Source: Amoebidium appalachense (Eukaryota; Protista; Ichthyosporea). Taken from it: a DNA stretch of 64,000 bases. The position numbers and the translations under genes are program-made. Below are positions 13,046-51,902 of this stretch, one piece after another. The notes beneath the pieces are model-generated. The model had not been told where the DNA came from. It ran no database searches and was given only the letters and a program-made list of their open reading frames with translations. The stretch covers positions 9,714,334-9,778,333 of the forward strand of contig CAVNZM010000005.1 of NCBI GenBank assembly GCA_963693365.1, given 5' to 3'. How positions within the stretch are numbered: position 1 is the first letter of the stretch; every line of letters starts with the position of its first letter.

Positions 13046-13559
13046 ACACAAACAGCAGCATTCCACGAAAAATAAGCCATTAACATTATGCCACTCCAGG
13101 TAACATTCTTTACTATTCTCTATCAATTGTTCTATGGTAACAACCCCCCCCCCCCCCCCGTTTGCCTGCCCACCTGCCCACAGAAATTTCGCTAAACCTC
13201 GCTAAACCGTTATCTACCAATCAACAAGTAGTACTAAACTGCTGTATAAAAACACTCGGCACAGTAAGAGGTTTTTAGTTGTGTGTAAGGTCAACTGTGT
13301 GCATGCATGCAAGAATTGGTGTGCTTGTTTGTGTGTACCTACATATATACACATGCATTACTAGGTGGGTGTCGGGCGTGTTTGTGTGTGTGCATGTATG
13401 CATGTGCCTGTAACCCTGAGCATGCGCATGCATGTGCTTCCGAATTTTAAGACACACCCGTCGAGCCTGGGCTGGTGTGGTTTGCTCCTGTCCATGCCTA
13501 GTTCTTGCGTGGGTATATATGTTTGTTGTTGTTGCTTGTAGACACAGAGGATAGACGAA

Positions 13560-31184
<17,625 letters not shown>

Positions 31185-31215
31185 CTGTGAGATTTTCAGT
31201 GGTGTTTGGTAATAC

Positions 31216-31335
<120 letters not shown>

Positions 31336-31490
31336 GCGCGCACGCACCTGCGATTGTGTATGGCGGGGGTTAGGAGGGGGAGGGTGGGGATTAGGTTTGT
31401 AGACAGTACAAACCATCATGAATAAATGCTACCTGAGGGGGTGGGGGCATTGTGACACAAAAACCAAAATATGAGAGTGAAGTGCACAGG

Positions 31491-31524
<34 letters not shown>

Positions 31525-31977
31525 GCGCGAGCGCGCACACACGTCCCCTGCACAATATTCGTTTTTGCATGCTTCTGCCTCTGTCTGTCTCTCTCCGATA
31601 CACTCTCTCTATCCCGCTCTTTCACCTCTTTCTCCCTCCGTCCCTCATTACGTTATACAAAAGTGGGTAGACAAACTCCGACACATCGGACGACATGCAA
31701 ATGCCAGCCACTGTGTGTCTGTACGTGCCCTTTTTTATTTCACAAATGCTGGCTTTTTTCTTCCTTTTTTTCTTTTTCTTTTTTTTTTTTTCAAGGTGGT
31801 GGTGGTGGTGGTGGTGGTGGGTGAGGGGGGGTAGGGGTGGGGTGGAAAGGGGGGGGGGGGGGGGGGGGGGGGGGGGAGTTAGAACATACATCGTGTCTTT
31901 TCCTTCCCATCGTGCCCCGTTGTGACCCAGTTGACTCGGATCGCTCTCTCTGCACCTGTAACGTGGGGTAACGTTAC

Positions 31978-39150
<7,173 letters not shown>

Positions 39151-40219
39151 CGGCTGTGCCTTCTGACAGCACAAGTACGCTGTTTTGCGCGCAGCAAAAA
39201 TCCACGCATCCAAAGCTTTCCGCGCCTACTTTACTCTTTAGCAGCTTACTAAACCAAAGAACTAACCCTATCAACGATGGTTGCAGACTCGATTGCCGTG
39301 TTTCACACGGTTTGCACCCATAGTACAGTAGACCTTTGCTGGGCGGTAGGAGGAAAGCAGAGAAGAGATATGTCCTGGTTTAAAGTAGTCTACTTGTATA
39401 TTCTCTATACAGGTACTGGTATTTGCAATGCACTCAACTTTCTTGTTTCTGACGGCTACAATCTCTACATTCCAACACAAAACGTTATTGTTTCAGCCTA
39501 AGTTCAGTTGTGTTGGGAGTCAATAAAAAAGTTGGCTTTGTGCGAAGCGACGTTCTCATGATGCACTTACCCCTAAACTTCTAAAGGGGTTTAAAGATCC
39601 GAAAAATGCCAAAACGACTCTATCAAATTTCAGTAGTGTTTAAATCAATTGAGGCTACAGTTACAGTACTGCAGCAGTAATAATGCCCAAAGATTTGCAT
39701 TAATTATGAAAACTTAGATATTGGATTTTCATTAATGTATTTTTGTCTTACTAAATGTTAAAAAAGGTGACTTCATTTTCTGCCAAAATAGCAGCTAAAT
39801 TGATGTCTCCAAGCGTAGAGTATGGGGGGGAACTAATCCGGATTCCGGTCTAAATGCATTCATTACGATTGGGCTAGCCCATTTCTGCAGAGTTCTGATT
39901 GGCTAAAAAGCTAAAAAATATTCCAAATTATTAAACACGGTCGCACCGTGTGCACACGTTTGATACTTCACGTGTGCGCTGTGGAAGGCTCAACATTGAA
40001 TGAAGGTAACATGTACAGCACATAGCCTGATTACAGCAGCAGATTACAACATCATGTAATCTACATAAGTCAATAAAAGTATAGAGTTAGTTAGATTCTA
40101 GTACATATAGCTCTTATTTTTCCCTGACGCGGACGACCCCGGGCCCGCGGGCCGGAATCTCGGAGAGCGGCTGATCAAGTGCGGCCCTTGAAAAATTGAG
40201 TCAGCTCATGAGTCAGCGC

Positions 40220-40318
40220 CTAACACGTACTGACGTGTTGCCTCACTCAGGGCCTCGCCCTTGCAAAAAAAAAAAAAAGAAAAGAAAAGAAAGGAGACAC
40301 CGCCTCAGTAGGTGGTAG
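40220..40318. mobile_element. Hairpin-ended mini-element, copy 3 (9-bp TSD)
   Basis: Same ends; perfect TSD AGTCAGCGC at 40211-40219 and 40319-40327; shorter interior. Confidence 0.9.
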
Positions 40319-41336
40319 AGTCAGCGCCGCAGCGTCGAATCTTTTTCAAAAGTCCGTAGTACATCATTGCAAGCACAGTCAGTACGTGCCAGTGTTCTGC
40401 GGCATGTGTTTAGTACACGTGTAACATGTTGTGTGTACATGTGTACACACGTGTTGTTCACTGTGTGTGTGTGTACATGTGCCATGTGCCGCACGGTGTG
40501 TTTGTGCGTGTGTGCCACGGTATGCTTGCGGCGTGCGTGCGTGTGTGTGTACATGTGTGTGTGTGTGTGTGTGTGGGTGTCCCAGTGCGTGTGCGTGCGC
40601 ACGTGTGACATACATACACACGTGTGTGTGAACAGTGTACGTGTATGTATGGTACATGTACACGGTGAGTGTACACGTGTGTGTGTGTGTCACAGTGTGC
40701 GTGTATGCATTACCATAATGATTTGCGTGGTGCGTGTTCACATGTATGGCGGTTTTTTTCGCTGTACATATGCACGTGTGTACGTGCACACGTTTGCGCA
40801 TTGTGTCTGCAGCTGTGTATGTCATGTGTTTTAATTTGATGTGTACACTTTGCCGGTGGCACTGCCGGGTTGGTGAAGCAAGCTAGAAGCAGGGAGGGAG
40901 AAGGGGGAGGGGGGGGGGGGGGGAGGGGGGGGCAGGCATGTTTCAAAAACTGAAAAGCCTTTCTCTGCAGAGGCCCTGTGTTCGAAGCTCCTAATATGTA
41001 GTATTTAATAGACATCCCCTCCCTCGAGCTCCCCCCCCCCACCGCCCCCACCCCCACCCACGTCCACCCACCCCAGGCCACCCATGGCACACACACACGT
41101 GTAGTACTGTGACAGTCACACGGTACACAAGACTTAGTACATGCCGCACACGCACGGTGTCACACACCACCACGGTGACCACTACTATTAATTAGATTGT
41201 GGGTAACGCATATACGGGTACGGTGTGTGACAGTGCGTGTGTGTCGGTGGAGATGCACATGGGTGAACAGGACGTCGACGTGGGTTTTGACATGGTGGTG
41301 GTGCTGGCAGCTAGGCGGTGCGTGATGGGTGTTGGT

Positions 41337-41384
<48 letters not shown>

Positions 41385-41582
41385 AGTTGCTCATTGGTTT
41401 TTATTAATTGGGTTTTTTCATCTTTTGCTTATGTTAATCTCGAATTCTCGAAGCACATGGACCATTGGCCATAAAATCCTCATGCATGTTGGTGTAGCAC
41501 AAAATCAGCACCAATACTCCACGGTGTGTTGTACTGTTTCATGTTCCCTGATAAGCAAAGAGTAGATTGCAGAAGTAATGAG

Positions 41583-41862
41583 AAGATATCAGATATATTG
41601 TGGGCGAGATTTACACTTTTTGCACACACAAGCATCTTACCTAAAATACTGACAGCTTGGAACTGTGTTTACTAGTCGCATGCGAGGCCTAGGGGGAACA
41701 AAAAAAAAAAAAGAAGAAAAAGAAAAAAGAAAAAAAAGAAGGGGTACCCCTCTTCATCAATTTGAAAAACTATGCGAGACACGTTGGTCCTGAGATATTC
41801 AGATTTCTTGTGAGGGAGATATACACTTTTTGCACCACACACACATCTTACCTAAACACTGC
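41583..41862. repeat. Diverged ~70-bp direct repeats flanking an A-rich stretch
   Basis: AGATAT.CAGAT...TTGTG.G.GAGAT.TACACTTTTTGCAC..CATCTTACCTAAA at ~41583 and ~41793. Confidence 0.7.
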
Positions 41863-42457
41863 ATTAATAAGGGAAAAGGTTCAAAACAGACTACTAGACG
41901 CTGTCAGACTAGCAAAATTTAGCCGCCGCCGGTTGAAATCGCAATCGCAAATGTGAGGTCACCCCGAGATACCTCCCTATATGGAAATATCTCAGGGTGA
42001 CGTCATTTCAGATTGAAACGAATCCCGGAAGTCTGTAGCCTGACGAGGCACGTATACGTAGTCTGTTTTAAACCCAACTGTGCCCAGTCATTCTGCAGCA
42101 GATAATAAAACTGTATGACGACAAAAACCCACGCCATCATTGACAAGTGTCGGCCCGGGGGGGGGGGGGGGGGGGGGGGGGGGAGGACACACAGTACCCC
42201 TTATTTATCAAAGACTCTGCAAAGTATCTTGAAATTTATCGCACTATGCACAGCACTCAAAAAATAAAGCCTTGCCTTACCGGTTCGCCATGGATATCTC
42301 CATCAACAGAGCAAGCACCCCACACCGTTTCTTTTTCCTATTCGTAACTTCATCTTTAACCTCAACATTCGCAATTGCATGCTACGCTACAGGGGTCGGG
42401 CTGAAATCAAGATTATCCTTTTGTCTTTGGGGAGAGCTGAGGAGAGAGAGAGGGGAA

Positions 42458-42497
<40 letters not shown>

Positions 42498-42730
42498 ATA
42501 ATTCTAGCTGGCCGCATCCGAAAACACATAATCATAGTAGTCAAATCGTGGTCAAATTTGACAAATTGAATATCTATATAATTTTCATATATACAATGTT
42601 CGGGTATATTAAATTGCTATTTCAAAGCTCGTAAAGTTTTTCCCCTATTGCCTCCTTTAGGTATGCCGTGCATACTTACACCTTTCATCGGTTGAATAAA
42701 TCCCATCAAAATGGTGGTGGTGGTGGTTGG

Positions 42731-42762
<32 letters not shown>

Positions 42763-42835
42763 ATTTTAAAACTTGTCCCGTCCCTGTAGTCATATTTTCA
42801 CACCGAATACATTCCCCATGATAATAAGAGTCCAA

Positions 42836-44079
42836 TCACAGGGGGTGGCCAGGACAGCATGGCCGAACCTTATGCAAGCACTCTGTGTGGATGTTGAACT
42901 TGCATGAGGTACACTGCAGCCCTTGACGGTTGAGCCCCCGAAGAAGCTTGCGGCAAACCGAGCACGCTGCATGCGTAGGTTTAACTTTAAATTTTAAATG
43001 TTAACTGAGGGCTAAGTTTAGGGGATTGAAAAAAACGGAAAACGTCATGCGGTAGTCGAAATAAGCGGATGTTGAAAGTGTGCTGGTAAACCCAACAACC
43101 ACGACCAAAATGCATCCGTAGGTTTATACAAGCCGGTGAATTAAGGTTTTAGTTTAGGGGGCTTAATTGAAAAACAAAGAGAACACCATGTGGTAGTTAA
43201 AAGATGGAAGCTGTGTGTGTGCAAGGCAACAACTGTGCCACAATAGTCCAGGAAGCAAATGGATGTGTACGTGTGCAAGACAGAAGAAAGTGTTAGGAAG
43301 ACCACGGTGCCATAACTTAGTATATATATGTAGTGTATGCACATGCTATCTTTAAGGGGGCTTCTTTTAGGCCGATTTATGGTCACCGCTTTTTGGTCAT
43401 CAGGTCGGGCCAAATGCTAACTGATGCGCACCAAGCCAATCATATTGCATATATCTTGTTCGCGCTGACCCGACCCGGATACCTACCTAGAAGAAACCCC
43501 CTACAACGACTATGCCTAAAACTTTAACTGCCTGAAAATTAAATTTCTCCCATGGCATCAAGTTGAAGAAGTCATCTGTCAGTTCCTGAGGTCAAAACCA
43601 GAATAAAAAAATAGACAGCCAAAATGGGAATACATGAAACGTCGTAAATGTTAACGGCTGTCAAGGGAAGAGAGGGGGAAGTGGGGGGCTTGTGTTATAA
43701 ACGAAACGGTGTAACAGCATCGTTCATATAGCTTCTTCTCTCTCGCATTTTGTGTTCGGCACATACCAGGGGGGAGAGTGGTCGTGCTGGTGATGTGCAT
43801 GCATGTGTGCGCACAAACCGTGTGAGTGTACGTGTGTTATAGTTTGTGCATGATTATGATTGATATGGTTATATGTACGGTGGTAAGATGATGAAAGGGA
43901 AAAAAAATGCACACCTGTTGGGCTGTTGTATGTGAGGACACCAAAATCGTGGTGCTTTTCGGGAAAATTTATCTGGCGGATGATTTGTGGAAACATAAGG
44001 AACACCTTGGGGTGTAGTAGGCCGGCGTCAATCAGCGCACGTAGCTGGAGCTTGTTTTCGTACGTGTGGTGCACCTGTC

Positions 44080-44166
<87 letters not shown>

Positions 44167-44998
44167 GTGTGTATTTGTGTATGTTTGACACCACACTAAG
44201 CAGTTTTTGCATAGCTCACATCCAAAGGGGGGGGAGGGGGGGAGGGGGGGGGAGGAGGAGAGGGGGGGGGGGGGGTTAGATTGTGTTATAGAGTACGAAA
44301 TTCATATTGATAACGGACAACAAAATGCAGAGTGCAAATCACACCTAAGGAGTATGTATACTAAGCAAAGCCCATCCACATGGGAAGGGAGGGGGGGGGG
44401 GGGGGGGGGGATGGGGTTTGAATGCGGAACACGGTACACATACACGATGAGAAGCATGGTGCAGGACACATGCAAAGGCAAACATTCAAGTACGCAACAT
44501 CAGCAATGTGCACAGTATGTGTTATAAGCAGAGCCCATCCTCAGGGAGGGCCCAAGTCATCAATTGCGTCTGAGTTTCGGCCCCTGAGCCCGCATATATA
44601 CGACTCTCCAACTCGGACAGCAGTGTCAACTGAACTTGGGAGGGCCAGCCCGTCTCGATCAAAGACGAGCAGGGTTGCTTATTCAAGCAAGGTGAGCATA
44701 ACTGCGAAGATCAGTGTGTGTGCAAACCAATGCACCGCAGCTAAAAATGTGTATGTGCTTACAGAAGCACGAAACTGCGCAACCATGCCCCGGGGGGGAA
44801 GGGGGGAGGGGGGAGGGGGGGGGGAAGGCAGGGAGGAGGGCATGTTTGGTGTGTGGTGTAGGTGTGTGAGAGCTGTGTACGTGTATGAATGTTAGCGTGT
44901 ATGCATATGTTTGCTGATGTCTCTGCAAGTGTGGGTGTGCATGCGCTAGAAAAGTGTATGTCTACAGAAGTCAGCCGTGCCGGCGGGAGGCGGAGGAG

Positions 44999-45045
<47 letters not shown>

Positions 45046-45308
45046 GGGGGGTATAATCTGTTATATTGTTCGAAGTACACATTCATGACGGACAACAAAA
45101 TGGAGAGTGCACAGCACACATAACTTAGCGTGCATAATAAGCAAAGCCCATTCTCAGGTAAGGTCAAGTCATCCACAGCACCCAAATTTTGACCCATTCA
45201 CCTCTACTCGACGAACCCTCGACTCAGATAAAGCTTCATATAACACGGCCTTGGTCGGGGAAAAAAAAAAAAAAAAAAAAAAAAAAAAGACGGGGGAAAA
45301 AAAGGTGT

Positions 45309-45363
<55 letters not shown>

Positions 45364-45466
45364 AAAAGATCACACGAACACATAGTAGAAACAGGAAAAG
45401 AAAAACACATTTTAATGACCATTGAAACAGATACAGAAGCTCTCAGGACTGAGCGTGCATATATAT

Positions 45467-45501
<35 letters not shown>

Positions 45502-46168
45502 GGGGGGGGGAGGGGGGGAGTTTATGAAGCATACTACATTGCTATTGAATTCGAGCATAACAATCACTATATCAGTACTCAGGCAAGCTTCCATTATCAC
45601 AGCCCCCCCCCCCCCCCCCCCCCCCCCCCCAGCTCTCCCCCCCCCCTCCCCCCAGCTCTCCCCCTCCCACCCCCCCAACACACACACCCGTGTTCCCCCC
45701 CCGTCCCCCCCCCCCTCCCCCCCCCCCCCCCCCCTCCCCTCCGCCGGGTGCACATCAAGAAAAAAGGCAGACACGAGGTTTCATGAGATGAAGGTACACT
45801 GAACACCCGCAACAGATATACACACAAATACAGACGCACACAGTAAGACCAGATCCCCCCCCCCCCCCCCCCACCACCACCACCACCACCACCACCACCC
45901 ACCCCCCAAATGTATAACATGCCCAAGTCTCAACCCCTCCCCCCTCCCCCCCCTACCTCCCCACCATATGTTGTGAGGGGCAGCAGGGGGGGGGGGTCCT
46001 GTGTGTGTGCTTGTGTTTGTGTGTGTGTGCGTGCGCTTGCGCGTACGTGTGCATGCATATATGTGTGTGTATACATGTGTGTGTGTGTGTGATGCAAAAC
46101 ATGCACCTCCCCTCCCCCTTTCCCCCCTCCCACCCCCCCCCGTCACACACACACACACAGACAACACA

Positions 46169-46236
<68 letters not shown>

Positions 46237-47730
46237 GTACCTGCAGACGGATAGGGCAGCATGCGGCCTGGTGTCGGCCCTCTACACACTGCCTGTGGAA
46301 GGCCATCTTACAGTAGCGGCACTCTAGACCCTGCTTGCTGAATACTCCCTGCACGTACATTATTGAATTAATAAAATAGATATAATATCACAAACCATGG
46401 ATAAAAATAACTTAACTGTGATTAAAACAATAAACCCATGAATAAAATTCTGAAAACCATGGATATGTTAATCAAAAAAAAAAAAAAAAACCTGAATGTG
46501 CAGATGTTGTAACCAAACGAGAAAAGGTGTGCCCCGTGCTCACAATCCCCCTCGCCCTCCCCCCCCCCCAAAAAAGCGGAAACAGGGAAAAGGTGAAAGA
46601 AGTAGCATCGAGCCTGGGCCGGCAGGAGGGGGGGGGGGGGGGGGTTCCATGGGTAGGAGGGAGGGAGAAGGGGGGAGGGGAGAGGGGGGGGGGGGGAGGG
46701 GGGGAGGGAAGGGGGGATGTATGCATTAGGACGGTTGGAATTTATAAAGGGGGAGAATAAAAAATTTACCACAAAACGTCACACTGGAAGGGGGGGTGGC
46801 TGGGGGAGGGGATGTCCTGCACGGTCACGAAGTGTAAAGATTTCCAACGAAGAAAACAATCCCAGAATGATAAGCCAAGAAAACATGTGGTATCATCATA
46901 AGCAGAACAGAGATGAGGAACGAGGGGGAGGGGGGGGGGGGGGGGGGGGGGGAAACAAGGAAACGCTTTGACCATGCGTGAAGAGCGTGCGACTAAGTAA
47001 ACTGGGGCAAAAGAAAAGGGGTGTGTGTGTGGGTATGAGAGTAGCATAGGAGGGAAGGGGGGGGGGGGGGGGGGGAAGGTGGGGGTTTGAATGCGGAATA
47101 CGGTACGAAGTACACATACACGACGAGAAGCATGGTGCAGGACACATGCAAAGGCAAACATTCAAGTATGCAACATCAGCCATGCGCACAGTATGCGTCA
47201 TAAGCAGAGCCCATCCTCAGGGAGGGCAGGGAGGGGGAGGGGGGGGGGAGGAAGGGGGGTTGTACCCAAAGCAAGCCATCACATTCCATGCAGTATGTTG
47301 GGCTGGTGAAAAACTTCTCCTGGCACTTGTGCATGAGCGCATCTACCAAGGAGTCCTCAAGATTTGGAAAATGAGCACTCGAAGCACGCCGGGCTGGGGT
47401 AGCGCCCACTTCGGGTTGAGCTTTTGTTGGCGATGCTACACTGGCCGGAGCCATGTTCCCAGTGGATTCTCTTCTGGGTGGTTGTTGGTTCTTTGAATTC
47501 TCCGTCGTCACTTTCTCATGTTGTGTTGTCCCCTCGGAAGAACCGACAGAACCAGGAATCTTGCCTAATGCCGAATCTGACAACCCCCGAGCTCTCTTGG
47601 CTGACGGTAAAGCAATTGTGTCTGTGTTTTCCCTTTCTACAAATTTCACAGAATCGCTTATGCTTGTACCCATGTCCTGTATTGCCACCTGCTCGAGGCC
47701 TTTCGTGATCGTAATGGTGTCTGCCATCAT
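42836..47730 (-). CDS. Tandem C1 (DAG/phorbol-ester-binding-type zinc finger) domain protein, 287 aa
   Basis: Exons 47730-47266, 46348-46241, 44074-43915 and 42966-42836, all phase-consistent. C1a: HKCQEKFFTSPTYCMECDGLLWGVFSKQGLECRYCKMAFHRQC..C. C1b: HDFGVLTYNSPTACSVCRKLLRGLNRQGLQCTSCKFNIHTECLHKVRPCC. Confidence 0.88.
44417..44761 (-). mobile_element. Poly-G/C-associated structured repeat, family A (long copy)
   Basis: Similar along its length to 14074-14421; preceded by a diverged fragment at ~44290-44385. Confidence 0.85.
45070..45258 (-). mobile_element. Diverged family A copy
   Basis: CGAAGTACAC..TGCATAATAAGCAAAGCCCATTCTCAGG..GTCATCCACAG..GACCCATTCACCTC..ACTCAGATA. Confidence 0.7.
47086..47227 (-). 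mobile_element. Family A copy, heavily 5'-truncated
   Basis: Near-identical to 14074-14212, ending in a G-rich tract ~40 nt from the donor at 47265. Confidence 0.85.
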
Positions 47731-48285
47731 GATGACTTTCGTCTATATAAAGTATTGAAGGATGCTAAAAACACCGCAATCCAGAAAGATCCGACTGCTC
47801 AAATCGAGTCTCCGTGGAACCTTTCTCCCAGCCTTTTTGCCCTAATTCGAGCACGTGTTTCACGCGCTGTTTTCAACCCCTTCCGTTTACCCTCGATGGT
47901 CTGAGAGCCTGTGGATACACCCGTGCTGGTGAGTAACAACCCTGCAATAGAAGATGGCAAAAAAACAAAGTGTCATCGTCTTGTGTACACGTCTTAACTG
48001 CTTCATTAAGGCTTCTGACATACCACCTTTTCCATGTGCCGACTACAGACATCTTTGTGCACACGCATGCCTGCTTTTGACGACGCATCACAGTGAAAAT
48101 GCAGGCCAATAACCTGAAACCCTCCTCTTCCCCCCTCCTACCCTCCCCTCCCCCCCTCGCCCCCCCCCTTCCCCCGCCCCAAAACCCACCCCACCTTGCC
48201 CACACCAGCACCACAGTGACCACCGAAAATACCATCACCCACCAGCACAGGCACACTATTGTGCACGTGCGTGCGTTCCCACCGT

Positions 48286-48340
<55 letters not shown>

Positions 48341-48631
48341 GCAGCACAAACAGTAACACCCACACGCCCCTCGCGGCCCGCCCCCCACCCCACACGCACA
48401 CACACACAAACGCACACACACGCACAGTGTCAGGAAGATGATACACGAACACACACGCACACACACACAAACATACTCGCACAAACACACACATACACAC
48501 ACTCACACATACACACATACACACACACACACGCACGCACGCACACACACACACAACACAAACAGAAGCACGCACACGGCCACCCGTGCCCCCCCTCCCC
48601 CCACATACACACCACACAACCACACGCACAC

Positions 48632-48702
<71 letters not shown>

Positions 48703-48723
48703 AGACAGGCAGACACACACACA

Positions 48724-48759
<36 letters not shown>

Positions 48760-50043
48760 CACGCACGCACAAACACACGCACGCACAAACACACACTCAC
48801 TCACTCACCCATTCACACACTCACTCACGCACACACTCGCACTAACACACAGAGACACACATACACTCACTCACTCACCCACGCAACACACATACATGCA
48901 ATACACAAAGACGCTCACACACACCGTCACGGAACAATGCAGCGTGTGGGAGTTAAGGCAACATACACTTTACACTCAAATTCTAAAGCTACTATAGGCT
49001 TCACCTGAAACGACCAGGAAAACATAGTCACCAGTCCCCACTTTTTGCTTTCCTTTTGCGTCCGAGGCTTAGCTATGTAGGACATATACATATTTTTGTA
49101 TAGTAGCCAGGCAGGATATCTCAAGGGTTAAGAGTTAAAAGTTGATCTCCCCGCACCTTGCAAATTTGTGCAAGTTATGAGAATTTTCCTATTAAATTTT
49201 CCGGCAAGTACACACTGAATATTCCAATCAGTTTCCATCACCTCTACTCTAGGAGACTTAAACTATTCCGGCAAATTTAGCCAACAACGGTTGACGTCAC
49301 TGGCAGTAACCTTTTCCCCCTTCTTTACTTCCGGTTTTGCTCTCTTATAGCGCTCACAGTATTTAATAACTATAGATTGTTTTCCGGCCTTCTACTGTAA
49401 TCCTTTTGTTTTTGGAAACGGCCGCCTACCCTGCCCAGTCTGTCGCCCAGAGGCCCTGAGTCCCGAACAGCCGGATACATACATAGTACGTAGGTAGTGT
49501 GACTGGCCGCAGATGACCTAGAATAGCGCCGATTGGTTTATATTTGGCGCCCATTGATCAAATTGGTGCATCCAGTTGACGTAAATCCCCTGACACTTTG
49601 TCCATATGGGCATTTTACTAAATTTGATGCAGTTCCAGATTTAGAACTGCATCCTTTCTAATACACCTCAGTTTTCTGGCTAGACACACCTCTTTCAAAA
49701 TATTTTTTACTAAACTATTTTTTTGGTTGTTACACGCTACATGAATATGTAACCAGAAGCTAAATAATGGTTTATGACGCCAATAGTTAATTCCGTCGGG
49801 GTCTTGGGAAACTTGTTTGCGCCCCCATTACGAAATTTGAGGAGCCGTATTTCAGCCAATCAAATGCGGCTCGTCATCCAGACCATGTTTGCATCACATT
49901 CCAAAAGCGAAGGTCGGTCTTTTCTGGAGGTAGTTTTCCACAGAGTTGGTGTGTTTAAACGCTAGACGAGCTCGCTAGACGTTGATTTAGTAGTTGCAAG
50001 TTTTCAGGCCATTCCTTTGTAAAAAGAAAATATATTCGTAACC

Positions 50044-51902
50044 ATGAGTTCCTTCTCATCAGCACCACGTGTTCCCAGCAGAACATATCTGTCTCACTCG
50101 GGTAGTTCTTATGAAAGCATGTCGAAGTCCGCCTCGCCTGTTCCTGGGTCTCCTGCTTGTGGTAAGACTCACGGCCATCTAGCGACTCCTAGATGGCCGT
50201 GGGTAAGACTCTTACAGTATTCGTATTTATTCCTATGCGCGTTTGCGCGTCACATATGTGTACATGCAGTAGTACAACATGCATTTATTTAAAACTCAGG
50301 CACAGCAATTCTTCGTCGGAAACAGCTCAAAAAGACATTGTCCCTCCTTTCATGGGTACACTGTTATTCGTTCCCTCCCCACCAGCAAACAAAATATTGA
50401 TACTATCTATTAGGAAAGTTGAAGTCCGTACCAGTAACTTTGCGTGCTTCAAGTTGTTAATAGTGCAGATTTCTAATGCAGCCTTGCTCACTCGCGCAGA
50501 TAAGGGCATGTCTCCGTGTTCCATGGAGAAGTTGAATCACATGGTTGGTGAGCTTTCATCGCTGCAGCATACGTTTGAATCGACCACTTTCGTCAAACCC
50601 ACCTACTGCAGAAACTGTGACAAGTTGCTTGTGGTGAGTTCTGCACCCACTGTGTTCTTTTTTTGTTTCCATTGCCGCTTACAGCTTTCATGCTTTCCTC
50701 ACATGCACGCACATCTCGTAAGTAGAAGCAAACTGTTAAGGGAAGCACCTCGCCCTACATGCACGCGCATCTTTCAAGTAGAACCAAACCCAAAAAGGAA
50801 CTTGAGTAGCATTCTGTAGATGGTTGGCGCCGCGCGAGGTTGTATTAACTAGTAGCATTATCACGGTGTAAGTTTGGAGCAAACACATAAACTTTTGGGA
50901 GATGTGAGGCCAACCAGTTCAAGCTCAGTGTTCAGTGATTGCCCAAGAATGACAATCAGTAATCTGGGGCGCTAACAAGAGCTTTGTGTTTACAGAAAGG
51001 TGTCCGGTGTGTCGTGTGCAAATCCTGCTTTCACCATAAGGGGTGCGGCCAAGGCTACCCATCTATTGGCCTGTGCCCAGTGGAGCTAGAGGTGTGTGTT
51101 CTCCTGAATGTTTTCGCTTGTTTGTATCACCTCGCAAATTTAATACATGCGTGTTGGGTATGACGCTATTTCTTCAAGAGATTTGTGCTGCTCAACATTT
51201 TTTTAGCTTTCGGGGGGGGGGGGGGGGGGGGGAAGGGAGGGGGGGGGGGGGGTTCTGTTTAAAGAACCGGAGAAAAGGCTGGGAAAAGATGAACCATTTT
51301 ATGTGCGTTTTACATAACAAAGCCCCCCCCCTCCCCCCCCTCCCCCCGGCCCCCTGGGTGCCCTGCCCCACCCTCTCACCTACACACACCTCACCTGCCA
51401 CACAGACAACCAATACACCACCCCCCCACCCCCTCCTCCTCCCCAAGCACACACACACACATGTGCATGCCTTTACCTCGGTTTACCTCAGTGTCCCTCA
51501 AACACACGTTTGGGCATGATTGCATGGCATTCAATTTTCGCTTGTTTGTTTGCCAAGTTGTTTGTTTGGATGACGCAGAAGCACTAACAATATCTGTTTT
51601 TTTTTGTCATACAGCAAAATGACAAGTTCCTGAGGCAAGAAACCGCCGCAACCCTTGTCGACATGGGATTGGTCCAGGCAAGGCAACTTATTCCATACCA
51701 ACCCATCTTCCGCCAGATTCCATTCGAGCCGCGCGAACATAACTTCCTATCCCATACGTATACGAGTCCAACCGGGTGTGCGGTGTGTGGGGACATGCTT
51801 AAGGGAATATACAAGCAGGGTCTTCAGTGTGTGGATTGCTGCTATAATGTGCACGAAAGCTGCCGCAAAAAAGTGTTGAATTACTGCTCCAAAAAAGACT
51901 GA
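50044..51902 (+). CDS. Tandem C1 domain protein, paralog of 42836-47730, ~240 aa
   Basis: Exons 50044-50161, 50300-50355, 50469-50633, 50996-51091 and 51615-51902 (first two less certain). C1a: HTFESTTFVKPTYCRNCDKLLV|KGVRCVVCKSCFHHKGC..C. C1b: HNFLSHTYTSPTGCAVCGDMLKGIYKQGLQCVDCCYNVHESCRKKVLNYC. Confidence 0.85.
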
